Assembly: GCF_964204645.1 (NCBI RefSeq)
Contig: NC_134028.1
Span: 16,189,653-16,253,652 of the forward strand
Length of the DNA: 64,000 bases
Source: Tubulanus polymorphus
Lineage: Eukaryota > Animalia > Nemertea
Direction: 5' to 3'
Part shown: positions 1 through 11,718 of the stretch, one piece after another
How positions within the stretch are numbered: the first letter of the stretch is position 1
Layout of the letters: every line of letters begins with the position of its first letter
Notes under the pieces: model-generated
What the model was told of the DNA's origin: nothing
The model's input: only the letters and a program-made list of their open reading frames with translations
Databases searched by the model: none
Made by a program: the position numbers and the translations under genes

Positions 1-604
1 TTTTATAGATTTATCTCTCTCGGTTTTTCATGAGGATCATCTCTTGCGGTGAAATATTATTACCCTTTTTGGTTTCACTACCAGAAATCATTCGACGTAA
101 GCGAACTCCGTAGCGGGCTTGGAAGACTTTAGATTTTACCTTCAAGACCTCCTGACATATTAGATGAATGACGATTGGAGCAGCAAATTGATGAGCAGAA
201 GAATGACCGCCATATTAGAAGAGAGAGGGCAGCACCGTGTTGCCCCCGTTTTCCGCTACAACACCAGGTACACCCGTACATTGGAGCCGAATTTCGCAGG
301 GAGTCCCCCAATGTGTTTAGTACTATCACTCCATTGAAAATAGTTCCAAGAAATCCCTGATTTTATTATCAATTTGTCTCACAGTACCTACAGATTTTAT
401 ACCTATAACATTTTACCGTCACGTCTTCTATTTGTGTAACCATGGCAACTTAAATGGGAACCCTGCAGTTGATTTTAGGCACTATTTTTGGGGTCCTGCA
501 CTACGCGTCTTGAGGCATACTGACCTAATTGTGGTCTCATGCCTGATGCCATCAGACCCTCTGGTGTTTTCCACTACCACCACCTAGCGGGCTATGATTA
601 CTAG

Positions 605-1045
605 CAAACTGACTCCTGAAACCACGTAAACGGAAATTCTAATAAAGTGCAATTCTGACTTCTAAATCTAAGCTTACTGACTAATTTATCAATTCTAACT
701 CCTAAATACTAGAAGTAATTCTAATTTCAAAATTCTAAATACTAGAAGTAATTCTAATTTCAAAACTGACTCCTGAAACCACGTAAACGGAAATTCTAAT
801 AAATTGCAATTCTGACTTCTAAATCTAAGCTTACTGACTAATTTATCAATTCTAACTCCTAAATACTAGAAGTAATTCTAATTTCAAAATTCTAAATACT
901 AGAAGTAATTCTAATTTCAAAACTGACTCCTGAAACCACGTAAACGGAAATTCTAATAAATTGCAATTCTGACTTCTAAATCTAAGCTTACTGACTAATT
1001 TAGCAATTCTGACTTCTAAATACTAGAAGTAATTCTAATTTCAAA
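605..1045. repeat. Tandem repeat, 157-bp unit, about 2.8 copies
   Basis: AAACTGACTCCTGAAACCACGTAAACGGAAATTC starts at ~606, 763 and 920; each unit has a doubled sub-repeat CTAAATACTAGAAGTAATTCTAATTTCAAAA. Confidence 0.9.
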
Positions 1046-1348
1046 GTAGAAAAGAAAAGAAATAATATATCATTTTAATAGAACTATTCGTCACACAGTC
1101 GTCGTATTCGCTTGAGCGGAATGTGGACCAGGCAACAAAACACCAGGTCCGTTGGCCTAATCAACTCTGGATCCACCCGGAAGCGAAAGTTAGTTTCGTT
1201 CTGAAGTCCACGTGCGCGCGTGAGAGACCGTTCGTGAAGATTAGATTCGCTCTCCTAATCCTACTTAATCGTACTCTATCGACACGATCTGAGAAAGAAA
1301 GGTATTTATTTTACACGATTAGGCCTCACTATTCAATCTTATAACAAA

Positions 1349-4300
1349 ATGTTGAACCGTAAGCGAAATCAAGCCTTAGGTTTGAAATCGGTGACTGGAA
1401 GTATTAACCAAGGTGACAGTAGCTTTCCAATAAGTTTACGTGGACGTCAATGTACTGCCATCTGCCTACTCGGAATATTGTTTACATTATTTAACCCACA
1501 GTACCCTCATGATTTGAATAGTTGGACATCTGATCATTTGAACACTATTATACGAAATGGAACATATTTTTATGGCGATATTCTGCAATATATGGGCCTT
1601 GAAAATCCCAGATACCTGGCTCATATTGACTTACCAACTATGGTAACATTATCCATCAATGGATCTTCTGCTCAACTATCAAACAATGATTGTGACATTC
1701 AGATATCTTATTCTTTTGATTTGTTTTATGGTACTGTTGGACAACAAGATGATAATGAAGCATTGTCTTCTTCTTTGTCATCTTCACTACCTGCAGCTTT
1801 TTCATTATCCCATTTCAATTTATTCACTGCAGCAGGTGTGACAATTCTACTCACTTACAATAATGATGGCACATACTCCATTCTAGACTCTCACTGCCGC
1901 AATCAATCAGGGCATTTTGATCCAACTGGAAATGCTGTCATTTTACCTTTCAAATCTCTTGCTGAACTAGAACGTTACCTCCTTGATGTCTACCAAACAG
2001 CTGCGTATGATTTGACTCCATGTTTTCCTACTACAACAACGGCCCCCACATTTCAACAACAGGTCAAAATTAGAGCATCTTCACTTCAGACAACAGCGAA
2101 TTGTAATATCCCTGCTGCTTCACCCAGGTGTTCGCTTCTTCTAACACACGGTCTCCCAATGACAAACAAAGCTGGTACGCCAAATAACTCTTCTTTTTTT
2201 AGGAAGAGGCGTGCCTCTCCACAAACATCGAATACCATGGATCCATTATCAGATCACACATACTCTATCCCTTTCTGCCCTTTGATTGACCACACTTATT
2301 GTACGTACAAAAGTTTTGATAAATTAACGAGAAATTTCCACAAGATTATTAACATGTACCCCAGCCATCACTGTGTTTGCTGCAAAAAGTTCTTATTCCA
2401 GTCTGATACACGCTACTTGTCAAGTGATAAACACATTGAAAACATTACTTTCAGCAAACAACATACGTATTTTCAATATTGTAAGCAGAAAATTACTTCT
2501 TATATTTTACCATCCAAATCAGAAAACTTCAATCAATTAGCAACTGCACCTATACCACTCGTCCTCAAACAATTGAATATCGTTGAAAGACGCCTTATTT
2601 CCCTTATACATATATTTCTTACACTAGTTGTACTACCAGGAGGACAGTATGCTGAGAAGGGGATCAGCTTTCCTTTTCCCCTTACTCAATTCATAACAAC
2701 GTTACCTCACGACAACCTTGTACATATATTGAAACCAGACGGCAAGCCTTCTCATTCTACTGCTGTTGCCAATTTGAATCATGTAAGAGAAGCCTTATTA
2801 TGGCTTCAGATTCATAATCATCTTTATGAAAAAATTACTATCGCATCTAATTGTCATTCATTGCCAACGAAAACGTCTGTAAGCATTGATGAATTTCTCC
2901 ATTATAGTTCTATATCTACCAATTGCACAATCCCACAGAATTTAACTGCCATACAACTGCCACGTCTATCAAAACCCACAGATATTGAAACTATCCCCTT
3001 TGGAGAAGAAATGGCTTTCCCATGGCTATTCCCAGATGGTAAAAATGGTATATCCACAGTACGTAGTCAACCTCTTAGTATATTGAAGTACTACCACCAG
3101 CGACTATACAATATTGACCCTCGTTGGCGTCAGGACATTTCCTACATTTTCAATGCGGTCAATACTTATGAAAAATCTCTTCTTTTTAACACAGTTAGTA
3201 TTTATGCGCGGATGAAGCCTAAACAACCTACTGATCATAATAATGTTAATAATTTTTCAAGCGCTGAGATGAGTAATACATACATGTTCACAAAAACTAT
3301 TCGAGGACTTGCAGCCTATTTCAGAAATTCACTATACAATCTACTAGCAATGATGAAATGCCTAGGCCCACCAACATTGTTTGTAACCTTGTCTGCTAAT
3401 GATCACCATTGGCCTGAGCTATATGATTTCCTTATAGCTAACCTTAGTAACATGGAAAATAATATTTCCCACATAAAGGATCTCTCTCAGCCAAATCTGG
3501 TTCGGCAAAACCCTCTCATAACAGCTTTACACTTTGAACGCCGTTGGAAAGCTTTACTCAACCACATTTTGAAAGGACCATTGAAACCTCCGGGAGACAT
3601 AGCTGATTATTTTGCTCGCACTGAATTTCAACTGCGGGGATCTAGTCATCTACATATATTCTTCTGGTTAAAGAATCCACCTAATTTTCAAACTGATTCT
3701 TATGAAGACATCGTCACTTTCATCAATTCTATCATATCAACTCAAATACCTGCTGGCTCTGATCCTAAACTTCAGAATTTAGTAACATCATTACAAAAAC
3801 ATTCTCATTCACATAACTGCAATAAACGAGGTAAACAATGCAGGTATGGATTCCCTAAACGATTGTGTCTTCAAACAAAACTCATTTCACATGTTGACCT
3901 AAATTCTTGTAATAAATGTCAGTTTTATGAAACTGCTAGAAATAAAGGGGATGAATTCATAAATGCATATAATCCTGCCATTTTGCGTTTATGGCAAGCT
4001 AACATGGACATCCAGATAATAGGCAATAATGCCCTTACAGCTGCTTACTTGTGCAAATCAGAACCCCAGGAATTGAAAACAGCACTCTCCAATGTTATTC
4101 AAGAGCTAGCTAACACCCCTGACATAACAACCCGACAGCGTCAATTGAAAATTGGCTTCTGTGTACTCAAATCCAGACGCCTTAGTGCACAAGAGGCTGC
4201 TTATCGCATAGGTCAATTACAACTCATTGATTCATCACGTGCAACTGTATACATTAATACTTTACCTCCGCATAAACGTTGGAAAATGCTTAAACCTACA

Positions 4301-6445
4301 TCTTCTCGAACATCAATTAATGCAACCTGCCCTTTCATCCCCGGTATGGTTGAGTATTACCACGCTCGTCCCACTGAACTAGAATCCTATTCTCTTATTT
4401 CATTTTGTAGCTGGTTTGTGCTTTGTCCTCTCAAAATATCTAAACCTTCTAAAAGGCGGCTACCAAGATATCATCTCTTAAAACCCTACTGTAAGAAAGT
4501 TATCCGAAAAAGAGGTTTCCAAGCTGTCATTAGAACACCTCACTGTTTAAGATTTCAAAATGACTACTACTACAGCCTCACTATGCTACACATGCCTCAC
4601 CGAGATGAAATATCTCTTTTCAAAGGTTTTGAAAATGCTCAAGATGCATTTATTCATTATAGCAATCAATTGGACACAACATTACTAAATTATGAACATT
4701 TTGCTGAAGATATTCAGCATGCAATTAGACATATCAATCTCAATGCATATGAAATTGCAATACTTTCCGCCCCTAACACAGCTGAAATTCCTTCTGATTC
4801 ATTTCATGACAAACTTGCTCCAACTTTTGATATTCTACATAATGAAACTAATTTATTACCCTCAAACTACACTCATACTAACATTAGCAATCACATTTCA
4901 AGTTTATCCCTTTCTAACAATGATGATATACAGTGGCATACCTTGAAAATGCCTATGGCTACTGATTTTAACCTTGAAACATGTCTCAATTCTTTAACTC
5001 CTGATCAAATGTATGTGATGCAAGCAGTTTTCCAGCATTACCGCACACAAACAAATTCTACTATGAGTAGCTCTCCTCTACGGATATTCATAACTGGTGG
5101 TGCTGGTGTGGGAAAAACTTATCTCACTAAATGCATTGCAGAATGGCTACGATTAGAAAAGCCTATGCATCCTGGAGAAGATCCCGTATTAATTACTGCT
5201 CCTACTGACTTAGCTGCTAGAAATATCAATGGGGTAACTTTACATTCTGCTTTTCATTTACCAGTGCAGCATGGTTTTGAACCTCAATACACTGAACTTA
5301 CACCTCGAATTCAAAGCATGCTCCACTCTCGATATCGATATGTCCACACATTAATAATAGATGAAGTTAGTATGGTAAGCGCTAAAACACTTTCCTATGT
5401 TGATCGTCGTTTATGTGCTGTTAAAAATGATAATGACTTCTTTGGAGGTATTAATGTTATACTCATAGGAGACTTCTTCCAACTTCGCCCTGTGCGTGGA
5501 AAATTTGCCTTTACTGACTTAATACTGTGGCCTCTATTTCAACCGTTCTTTCTTACCCAAAATGGTCGCCAGCTGCAGGATCCAAATTATGCTTCTTTAC
5601 TCAATCGAGTACGTGTTGGTCGCACAACTGAAGAAGATTTTGCTTTACTTAAAACTCGTCTCATCGATACATTCATGCAACCTTATTATTCAAGCTTACA
5701 CTTATATCCCCTGAATTCACAAGTTGCTGCTTTTAATATGCACCAACAGATGCAACTTACAGCTCAAACTCATGTTATTAAAGCCAAACATGAATTTTCT
5801 GAATATGACTCTCAACCTCACATGATGGTACCACATACTCTCATACCTAAGGATGACAGACTTGCTGGGGGGCTACCAAAACAACTTCAAATTTCTATAG
5901 ATACTCGTGTCATGCTACTGCGAAATATAAATACTCCTTATGGATTAGTTAATGGTGCCATTGGAACTGTTGTGGAATTTCAATATGATTCTCCTTCAGA
6001 AACTTCTCATCAATCTACGATTGCACAGATCTACGTTAAATTTGATGATCCCTCTGTGGGTCTAATTTTGCAAAGAAAAGACTTACACAATGCTATACCT
6101 ATTGAATTTTATCACCAAGAATTCATTTCCTGTGGTAGATCTATTATTCGCACTCAATTTCCATTGACCCCTTGTTGGGCTTGTACAATACATAAAGTAC
6201 AGGGGTTATCTCTCAGTAATGCTGTTCTGTCTTTAGGTAAAGAACTTTTCCAACCGTGTCAAGCATATGTCGCTCTTAGTCGATTGACCACCTTCAATGG
6301 ACTCGCTCTGGAATCTTTAGCCCCTGCAAGGTTTACTGCTAATCAAATGGTTCTTGCAGAATATGATCGTTTATATAGAATGTATTCTTCCTCTATTGAT
6401 TCTTTGCAAAATAAAAATGTACACCCTTCCTCAAATAACCCATAA
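1349..6445 (+). CDS. Helitron RepHel protein: N-terminal herpes-tegument-like (peptidase C76/VTD) deubiquitinase domain, HUH Rep, PIF1-family SF1 helicase
   Basis: 1698-aa ORF. N-term GSINQGD...GRQCTAICL and ILDSH (Cys and Asp-x-His); Rep motifs PTLFVTLSA, EFQLRGSSHLHIFFW, AYLCKSE, SAQEAAY; helicase motifs GGAGVGKT, IIDEVSMV, GDFFQLRPV, TIHKVQG, YVALSR. Confidence 0.92.
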   Translation: MLNRKRNQALGLKSVTGSINQGDSSFPISLRGRQCTAICLLGILFTLFNPQYPHDLNSWTSDHLNTIIRNGTYFYGDILQYMGLENPRYLAHIDLPTMVTLSINGSSAQLSNNDCDIQISYSFDLFYGTVGQQDDNEALSSSLSSSLPAAFSLSHFNLFTAAGVTILLTYNNDGTYSILDSHCRNQSGHFDPTGNAVILPFKSLAELERYLLDVYQTAAYDLTPCFPTTTTAPTFQQQVKIRASSLQTTANCNIPAASPRCSLLLTHGLPMTNKAGTPNNSSFFRKRRASPQTSNTMDPLSDHTYSIPFCPLIDHTYCTYKSFDKLTRNFHKIINMYPSHHCVCCKKFLFQSDTRYLSSDKHIENITFSKQHTYFQYCKQKITSYILPSKSENFNQLATAPIPLVLKQLNIVERRLISLIHIFLTLVVLPGGQYAEKGISFPFPLTQFITTLPHDNLVHILKPDGKPSHSTAVANLNHVREALLWLQIHNHLYEKITIASNCHSLPTKTSVSIDEFLHYSSISTNCTIPQNLTAIQLPRLSKPTDIETIPFGEEMAFPWLFPDGKNGISTVRSQPLSILKYYHQRLYNIDPRWRQDISYIFNAVNTYEKSLLFNTVSIYARMKPKQPTDHNNVNNFSSAEMSNTYMFTKTIRGLAAYFRNSLYNLLAMMKCLGPPTLFVTLSANDHHWPELYDFLIANLSNMENNISHIKDLSQPNLVRQNPLITALHFERRWKALLNHILKGPLKPPGDIADYFARTEFQLRGSSHLHIFFWLKNPPNFQTDSYEDIVTFINSIISTQIPAGSDPKLQNLVTSLQKHSHSHNCNKRGKQCRYGFPKRLCLQTKLISHVDLNSCNKCQFYETARNKGDEFINAYNPAILRLWQANMDIQIIGNNALTAAYLCKSEPQELKTALSNVIQELANTPDITTRQRQLKIGFCVLKSRRLSAQEAAYRIGQLQLIDSSRATVYINTLPPHKRWKMLKPTSSRTSINATCPFIPGMVEYYHARPTELESYSLISFCSWFVLCPLKISKPSKRRLPRYHLLKPYCKKVIRKRGFQAVIRTPHCLRFQNDYYYSLTMLHMPHRDEISLFKGFENAQDAFIHYSNQLDTTLLNYEHFAEDIQHAIRHINLNAYEIAILSAPNTAEIPSDSFHDKLAPTFDILHNETNLLPSNYTHTNISNHISSLSLSNNDDIQWHTLKMPMATDFNLETCLNSLTPDQMYVMQAVFQHYRTQTNSTMSSSPLRIFITGGAGVGKTYLTKCIAEWLRLEKPMHPGEDPVLITAPTDLAARNINGVTLHSAFHLPVQHGFEPQYTELTPRIQSMLHSRYRYVHTLIIDEVSMVSAKTLSYVDRRLCAVKNDNDFFGGINVILIGDFFQLRPVRGKFAFTDLILWPLFQPFFLTQNGRQLQDPNYASLLNRVRVGRTTEEDFALLKTRLIDTFMQPYYSSLHLYPLNSQVAAFNMHQQMQLTAQTHVIKAKHEFSEYDSQPHMMVPHTLIPKDDRLAGGLPKQLQISIDTRVMLLRNINTPYGLVNGAIGTVVEFQYDSPSETSHQSTIAQIYVKFDDPSVGLILQRKDLHNAIPIEFYHQEFISCGRSIIRTQFPLTPCWACTIHKVQGLSLSNAVLSLGKELFQPCQAYVALSRLTTFNGLALESLAPARFTANQMVLAEYDRLYRMYSSSIDSLQNKNVHPSSNNP

Positions 6446-7335
6446 AGACTTTCTTCCATTGATTTAATTGAACTTATTCTACTGTAAATATCCAACCATT
6501 ACAATGATTTTTCATCTCAACTGCTGATTGTGTGCTATTACAGTAGATCATGCCTATGTCGAACACTTTGGGTCGGATAAGCACAATTTTGCCAACTTGA
6601 GTTATAGCATGGACGTATAAGCTAGAGTAGTTTATACGTCGATGGTTATAGTCAGTTATTTTTGGACTATTTCCCACCAAAAGTCCAACCTTTTTTTGGA
6701 TTTTTCCCTCCATAATCTTTAAAATTACATTGCCTTGATAATATTTTCTTTTGCAACAGTCCAGTTTCTATTGAACATACAAACTAAAAATTTACAATGT
6801 GTATCTATCCCCGTGGATTTTGTTATAATCTACAGTTCAGATTTAAAGAAGTCTTTAATGTTTGTCTCCTTTTAAATGAACAAAAAACAAAGCCAACTTA
6901 GAAACATCATTGTCCTTTTTTTAAGCTCTTGAGAATAAATATTTCTACCATCTTACACAAGTTTTGAGCTTAAAAATTAGACTTTTACATAGTAATCAGT
7001 CAGAGAATTAATAGAAAAATAACTGTACAACAATTCTGGCTGTCTTATGGAATCAATCATTTATTACGTACGCATTACGGAAGGGATAAGTGCAATTGCT
7101 TACTGTAATGCTTAACGTACTTGAAAAAATGGCCGCTTTTGCATACAGGGGGAAAGGAATTGAAATGTCAAATTGTTTGCATACATAATAAATGAATGAT
7201 CCCTATGCAATTTTTCGACATTCACGTGTCCAACTTATGCATGGTCTACTTACCTATATTATTAACATGTGGTTATATATTCTTTGTAATATTAAACTAT
7301 TTGATTTGATTCTATTCTATATTCACATCTTTCAG

Positions 7336-9490
7336 ATGGATTTATTCAAAATTGAAGGCTTATCTAAACTGGACAACCATGACCCTGATGATCTCATCTC
7401 TAAACCTATCCAATTAACTATTGTCAAAGAAAACAACTCAAATCACTTTACTGATCGACAAGGCAACCTCCGTGAGATAAAAGAATGCACTGCCACTGAT
7501 AACCAAACTCTTATTGTCATTGTGTGCTACAAACAAGCTGCATTTTCACTACTGCGTGAGCTTAAAACTGTATTACTGACTAATTATCTGTTCAAAGACG
7601 AAACTATAATTCTCACATCTAAGTCCACTTGTCTGGAGAGACCATCATTGGATGTTCCTGCCTCCATCACTGAACTGATGCTGCTTCCTTCATCTTCTTT
7701 TACTTCAATCGCTAAAGCCATGTCATCTCCGAGAAAGAGCAGCATTTGTGTTAAAGTAACGAAGGTAAATTGCTACTAATTTTTTCGATGATTCTATTTT
7801 ACCTTTCTATTGCTTGTTTCTGAATATAAGCCTCTTTCTGCCAATATGTAGCAACCTTACACGATTGATTATCATTTTAATCAACAATTCTGCCTAAAAT
7901 TCCATATAAAATAAGCTCATTGGCTTAACTTCTTATAAAAAATGGGAACACAATTTTAATTTAATTAAAAGCTATGATGAACAATTGGGTTTTGTCATAG
8001 ATGATTTGAGATTAAAATCAGGCATTATCCACCCGTGTATAACCCTCTCTTTTTCTGCTTTGGAAAATTACATGCTATTGTATTCACTTTTCTACTTCTT
8101 GATTGGTGCTGCCATCTTTCCATACTAACATTAACTATGTCCTCAATATTTGTGTATACTGTAGCTGACAAGTCCTTTTACAATTAACTTTTAATTGCTT
8201 CAATCTTTTACACTAAAGGTCTATTTCAAGTTGACTTGATATGACATCATGTGGCGTAGGACACCCGATGTTCTCTCAAGTCTACTTGAAATAGATTATA
8301 CACACCTGTGTTTCAACAATGATATTGTTTCATATTCCTTCTACCATTATTACATAAAGACAATGTATTTCTCATACAGTATAACTTGTTTAATTCAGAT
8401 CACTTTAATTCAGATTTTCACTGATTAAAGACTAAAATTCCAGTCCCCTCTAGGTTATTTCTATTCAAATGAGACCACATCATTTTTGATTTTGTATAAT
8501 TGTGGCAAAATTTGCTAGTCCCTGGTGATCTGACTTAACCGAGTTCTACTAATAGTATAATACTACCCATTTATTTTTATCATTGTCATACTGCAGTATG
8601 ATACACCTTCCAATTTCAATACTTATTTTTCAGGTTGCTCCAACCAAAACAGTTACGAACCGCAAAACCCGGGAAGAAATAGCATTAAGAAATCTACACA
8701 TAAAGGATCAATCTACTTCGTGTAAAATATCTTTGTGGCCTCCTGTAGCATCGTCATCTGTTTCACCCGGAGATATTGTGAATATAAAGAATTGCTATAA
8801 AACGTCTTTTAACAAAAAAACCATACTTGCAACAGCAATGAACGCTTCCTTGGAGGTAATATCTTGTTCTTTCATACCTAATCTCTTTGATACAGATATT
8901 CTAATTAGTCATTTATTGACCAACATGAATCATGATTATAACACTTCTAGTATCAACAAATATTTTACTATGTCATTTCTTATATGATAGAACATAACAG
9001 TCACCTTTTACTTTTGTTACTTCACTTTCAGATATTATCTCCACAAGTGTATCCTGATATTGCTAACATCTCCGATACAGATGATCTCTCAGACGAAGGT
9101 GAAGCATCTGAATCTAACATTCATTACCACAGAGCTATTCCAGTCGCATTAGATTCAGTTTATTCATACTATGCCTGTCTGCGAAAAAACTGCCTGCGCA
9201 AGAAACTTGACGATACAAATAAATGCCCTAAATACAACTTACAATATTCACCAAACACAGGACTGATGACTTATCAAGTAAAACTTGCTTTCATTATCAA
9301 CGATGAGTTGAAAGTGTGGACTATGTTCCACCAGCAATTAAATCAATTGATAAGCGATCTTCAAGACAATATTGAATGGTCCGTCGAAAACATCCGGGAA
9401 TTACTTTTCAAAGCCATCTCAAACCAAACTCCTATTCAGATCAGTGGCAATTTCGACTCTTGTATTGTCAAAAATTGTTTCATTCACTGA
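7336..9490 (+). CDS. Spliced RPA70-like OB-fold ssDNA-binding protein (exons 7336-7764, 8634-8855, 9032-9490; ~369 aa)
   Basis: Three ORF pieces join in frame through canonical phase-0 GT-AG introns (AAG|GTAAAT, TTTTCAG|GTT, GAG|GTAATA, CTTTCAG|ATA); OB-fold-like IKDQSTSCKISLW; last exon YYACLRKNC...KCPK resembles the RPA70-C zinc ribbon. A further upstream exon is possible. Confidence 0.72.
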
Positions 9491-9598
9491 GATGAGCCAC
9501 TTACCAAAAAGCAGAAAACAGCATAAATCATAAACTATTCCGAATGCTTCCGACAATTTTTGTCTCATTTAGAAATATTGAAAATCTTCACTACTCAA

Positions 9599-10155
9599 TC
9601 TTTTTAAGCCGAGATCTGGTTTTGTACGATATTGTGTAATCTTCATCTGGTTATGTTTTAACTTTTTTAATTTTGAGTGCTTTCTACATGTATTTCTTAA
9701 AGTTGATTTTAATACTTGACTAGCATTTTCTCTGATTTGACTTTTTAAGCCTAGATCTGGTTTTGCATCATACTGTGTAACTCTCACTCTTGGTTTCTGA
9801 TTTTTGTAACTATGTATTGTTTTGTACTTAACTAAACTTCTCTGGTTTTACTTGAAATTCTTACATCATGACTTATTTCTGATGAGCTTAGAATTAGTAT
9901 TGCATGGTTTAAAGTTATCTTTACTCTGATTTCTGATTCATACATTTAAAGTAATGTTTTGTACCTTACTAGATTTATCTTTGATTTTGCATGAAACTGT
10001 TGCATCTTGACTGTAATTTCTGATAAGCTTCAGAGTTAATTTTGCATAGTTTAAGATAATCTTTACTCTGATTTCTGATTCATACATGTAGAGTAATATT
10101 TTGTACCTTACTAGATTTCTCTTTGATTTTGCATGAAACTGTTGCATCTTGACTG
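9599..10155. repeat. Two pairs of imperfect direct repeats downstream of the RPA-like gene
   Basis: TTTTTAAGCC(G/T)AGATCTGGTTTTG at ~9600 and ~9743; ~100-bp ATCTTTACTCTGATTTCTGATTCATACAT...GCATCTTGACTGT at 9917 and 10059 (period ~142). Confidence 0.8.
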
Positions 10156-10234
10156 TGAGATAAAATCCCACTATTTACAGATTAAAAGAATTTAAAAACC
10201 AGAATTTATTTATTAAATCTAAAATATTTAAAAG

Positions 10235-10276
10235 ACACGACGTTTCGATCTCACCCTAGAGATCATCGTCAGGTGT
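10235..10276 (-). ncRNA. Minimal type I hammerhead ribozyme in the Penelope 3' tail
   Basis: Minus strand reads ACAC-CUGACGA-U-GAUCUC(UAGGGU)GAGAUC-GAAA-C-GUC-GUGU: stem I ACAC/GUGU, CUGANGA core, 6-bp stem II, GAAA, GUC cleavage triplet. Confidence 0.85.
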
Positions 10277-10351
10277 GAGAAATAGACTAAAAACAGGGGT
10301 ATATATACAGGAGGACAGGTTAATTGAGTAAATTGGTGAGTGAGTAAATAA

Positions 10352-11651
10352 TTAGTGTTTGGCAAGGTATGAAGTAATATACTTAGAAAGAAGGGAATTA
10401 TGCGGAGAAAAGCCATTATTTAAATTGGTACTAATATCTGAGTGACGAGTAATTAGGGCAGACTCAACTATGTGGCGTTTAGTGTAATTGCTGGAAGTAT
10501 AAATAATTTCGGCTTTATCAAAATTAAAACGATGACCAGTGTTCCAAACGTGATTGGCTACGCCACTAGTCGGTTTTTGATTTATTATATCCTTTTTGTG
10601 TTCCGAAATTCGAGTTTTTAAATCACGACCAGTTTCTCCAAAGTAAATTTTATCACAGCCAAAACAAGGAATTTTGTAAACTCCGCAGTCCAAAGGTATA
10701 GATTGATTGTTTTTAACGAAAGTCTTACTAATTTTGTTTTCATACGTGAAAATGATTTGTTTATCCAATAAAGGGAGAGAGTGACGAAACTTTTCCAAAA
10801 CAGGTACATACGGAACTACAATGAACTCTGAAATGTGTTTTTTATTTTCTGGAGGTTTAGAATTGAAGAAAGTACGTTTAGCCTTAGAAATAGCGATTTT
10901 CAAAATGTGATCAGGGTAAGCCAATTTTCTAAGAGAGTTGGATATATGGTCAAATTCAGCCGAAAGGAAGGTTTCATCGCAGATCCGCAGTGCACGGAGA
11001 AAGAGGCCTTGAGCGAGACCGATTTTGATTGATTTGGCAGTAAACGAAAAGAAGTGAAGTTATGCCTCGGCGTTGATAGGTTTACGGTAGACTGAGAAAA
11101 TCAAATGAGAAAATTTATTGTGAATTAGAACATCTAAAAACGGAATTTGGTCATTTTGTTCCCATTCAAAAGTGAATTTCAAAGATGGATATTGGGAGTT
11201 GATGAAGTCGATAAAAGAGGTAAGATCAAAATTATCAGAAACTAAGCTCAGAATGTCATCAACATATCTAATCCAAAAGTTAGGTTTAGAGCCAGCGTAC
11301 TGAGGAAGAATTTCGGATTCAAAGTGTTCAAGGAAAAGATTAGCCAAAATCGGGGATAATGGGTTACCCATAGCGAAACCGAAAATTTGTTCATAGAATT
11401 TGTCTTGGAATTGGAAATATAAATTGGTAGTACAGAGTTCCAAAAGTTCAAGTAAACATTCTACAGGAATTGGGAGATCAAGATTGGAGTCCGGGAGTTT
11501 TCTTCTTAAGAAATTGAGAGTTGGTTCCAATGGTATATTAGTGAACAAGGAAACAGCGTCGAAAGATATAAATTTTTGTCCATTAGGTTTGAGATTTTTG
11601 AGTTTGTCTAAAAGATCCATATTGTGCCGAATGTGAGAATCAGAAAAAGTA
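10352..11651 (-). pseudogene. Penelope RT + GIY-YIG endonuclease with one in-frame stop at 11060-11062
   Basis: ORFs 11060..11620 and 10352..10924 share a frame; SFDAVSLFTNIP, FAMGNPLSP, RYVDD, then GVYKIPCFGCDKIYFGETGRDLKTRISEH. Confidence 0.9.
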
Positions 11652-11718
11652 TCCTGATTTTAAAAGGATTTTAATTTGGCTTTGAAATTCTTATTCATAA
11701 CCTTTCCTCATTTGATCT

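Larger units (their letters stand above)
605..10155 (+). mobile_element. Helitron-family (Helitron2/Helentron-like) rolling-circle transposon; boundaries approximate
   Basis: RepHel ORF plus downstream RPA-like gene, flanked by tandem/direct repeats; true termini not identified; right side abuts the Penelope element. Confidence 0.7.
10156..11651 (-). mobile_element. Penelope-like element, 5'-truncated inverted copy (RT C-half, GIY-YIG, 3' tail)
   Basis: RT core (YVDD), GIY-YIG endonuclease and hammerhead motif on the minus strand; identity to the plus-strand copy stops at 11651. Confidence 0.9.

Noticed and set aside
129-360. Short overlapping ORFs at window start
   Set aside because: No recognisable motifs; length expected by chance.
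9878-9915. Second hammerhead (CTGATGAG)
   Set aside because: No stem II followed by GAAA and no cleavage-site helix.
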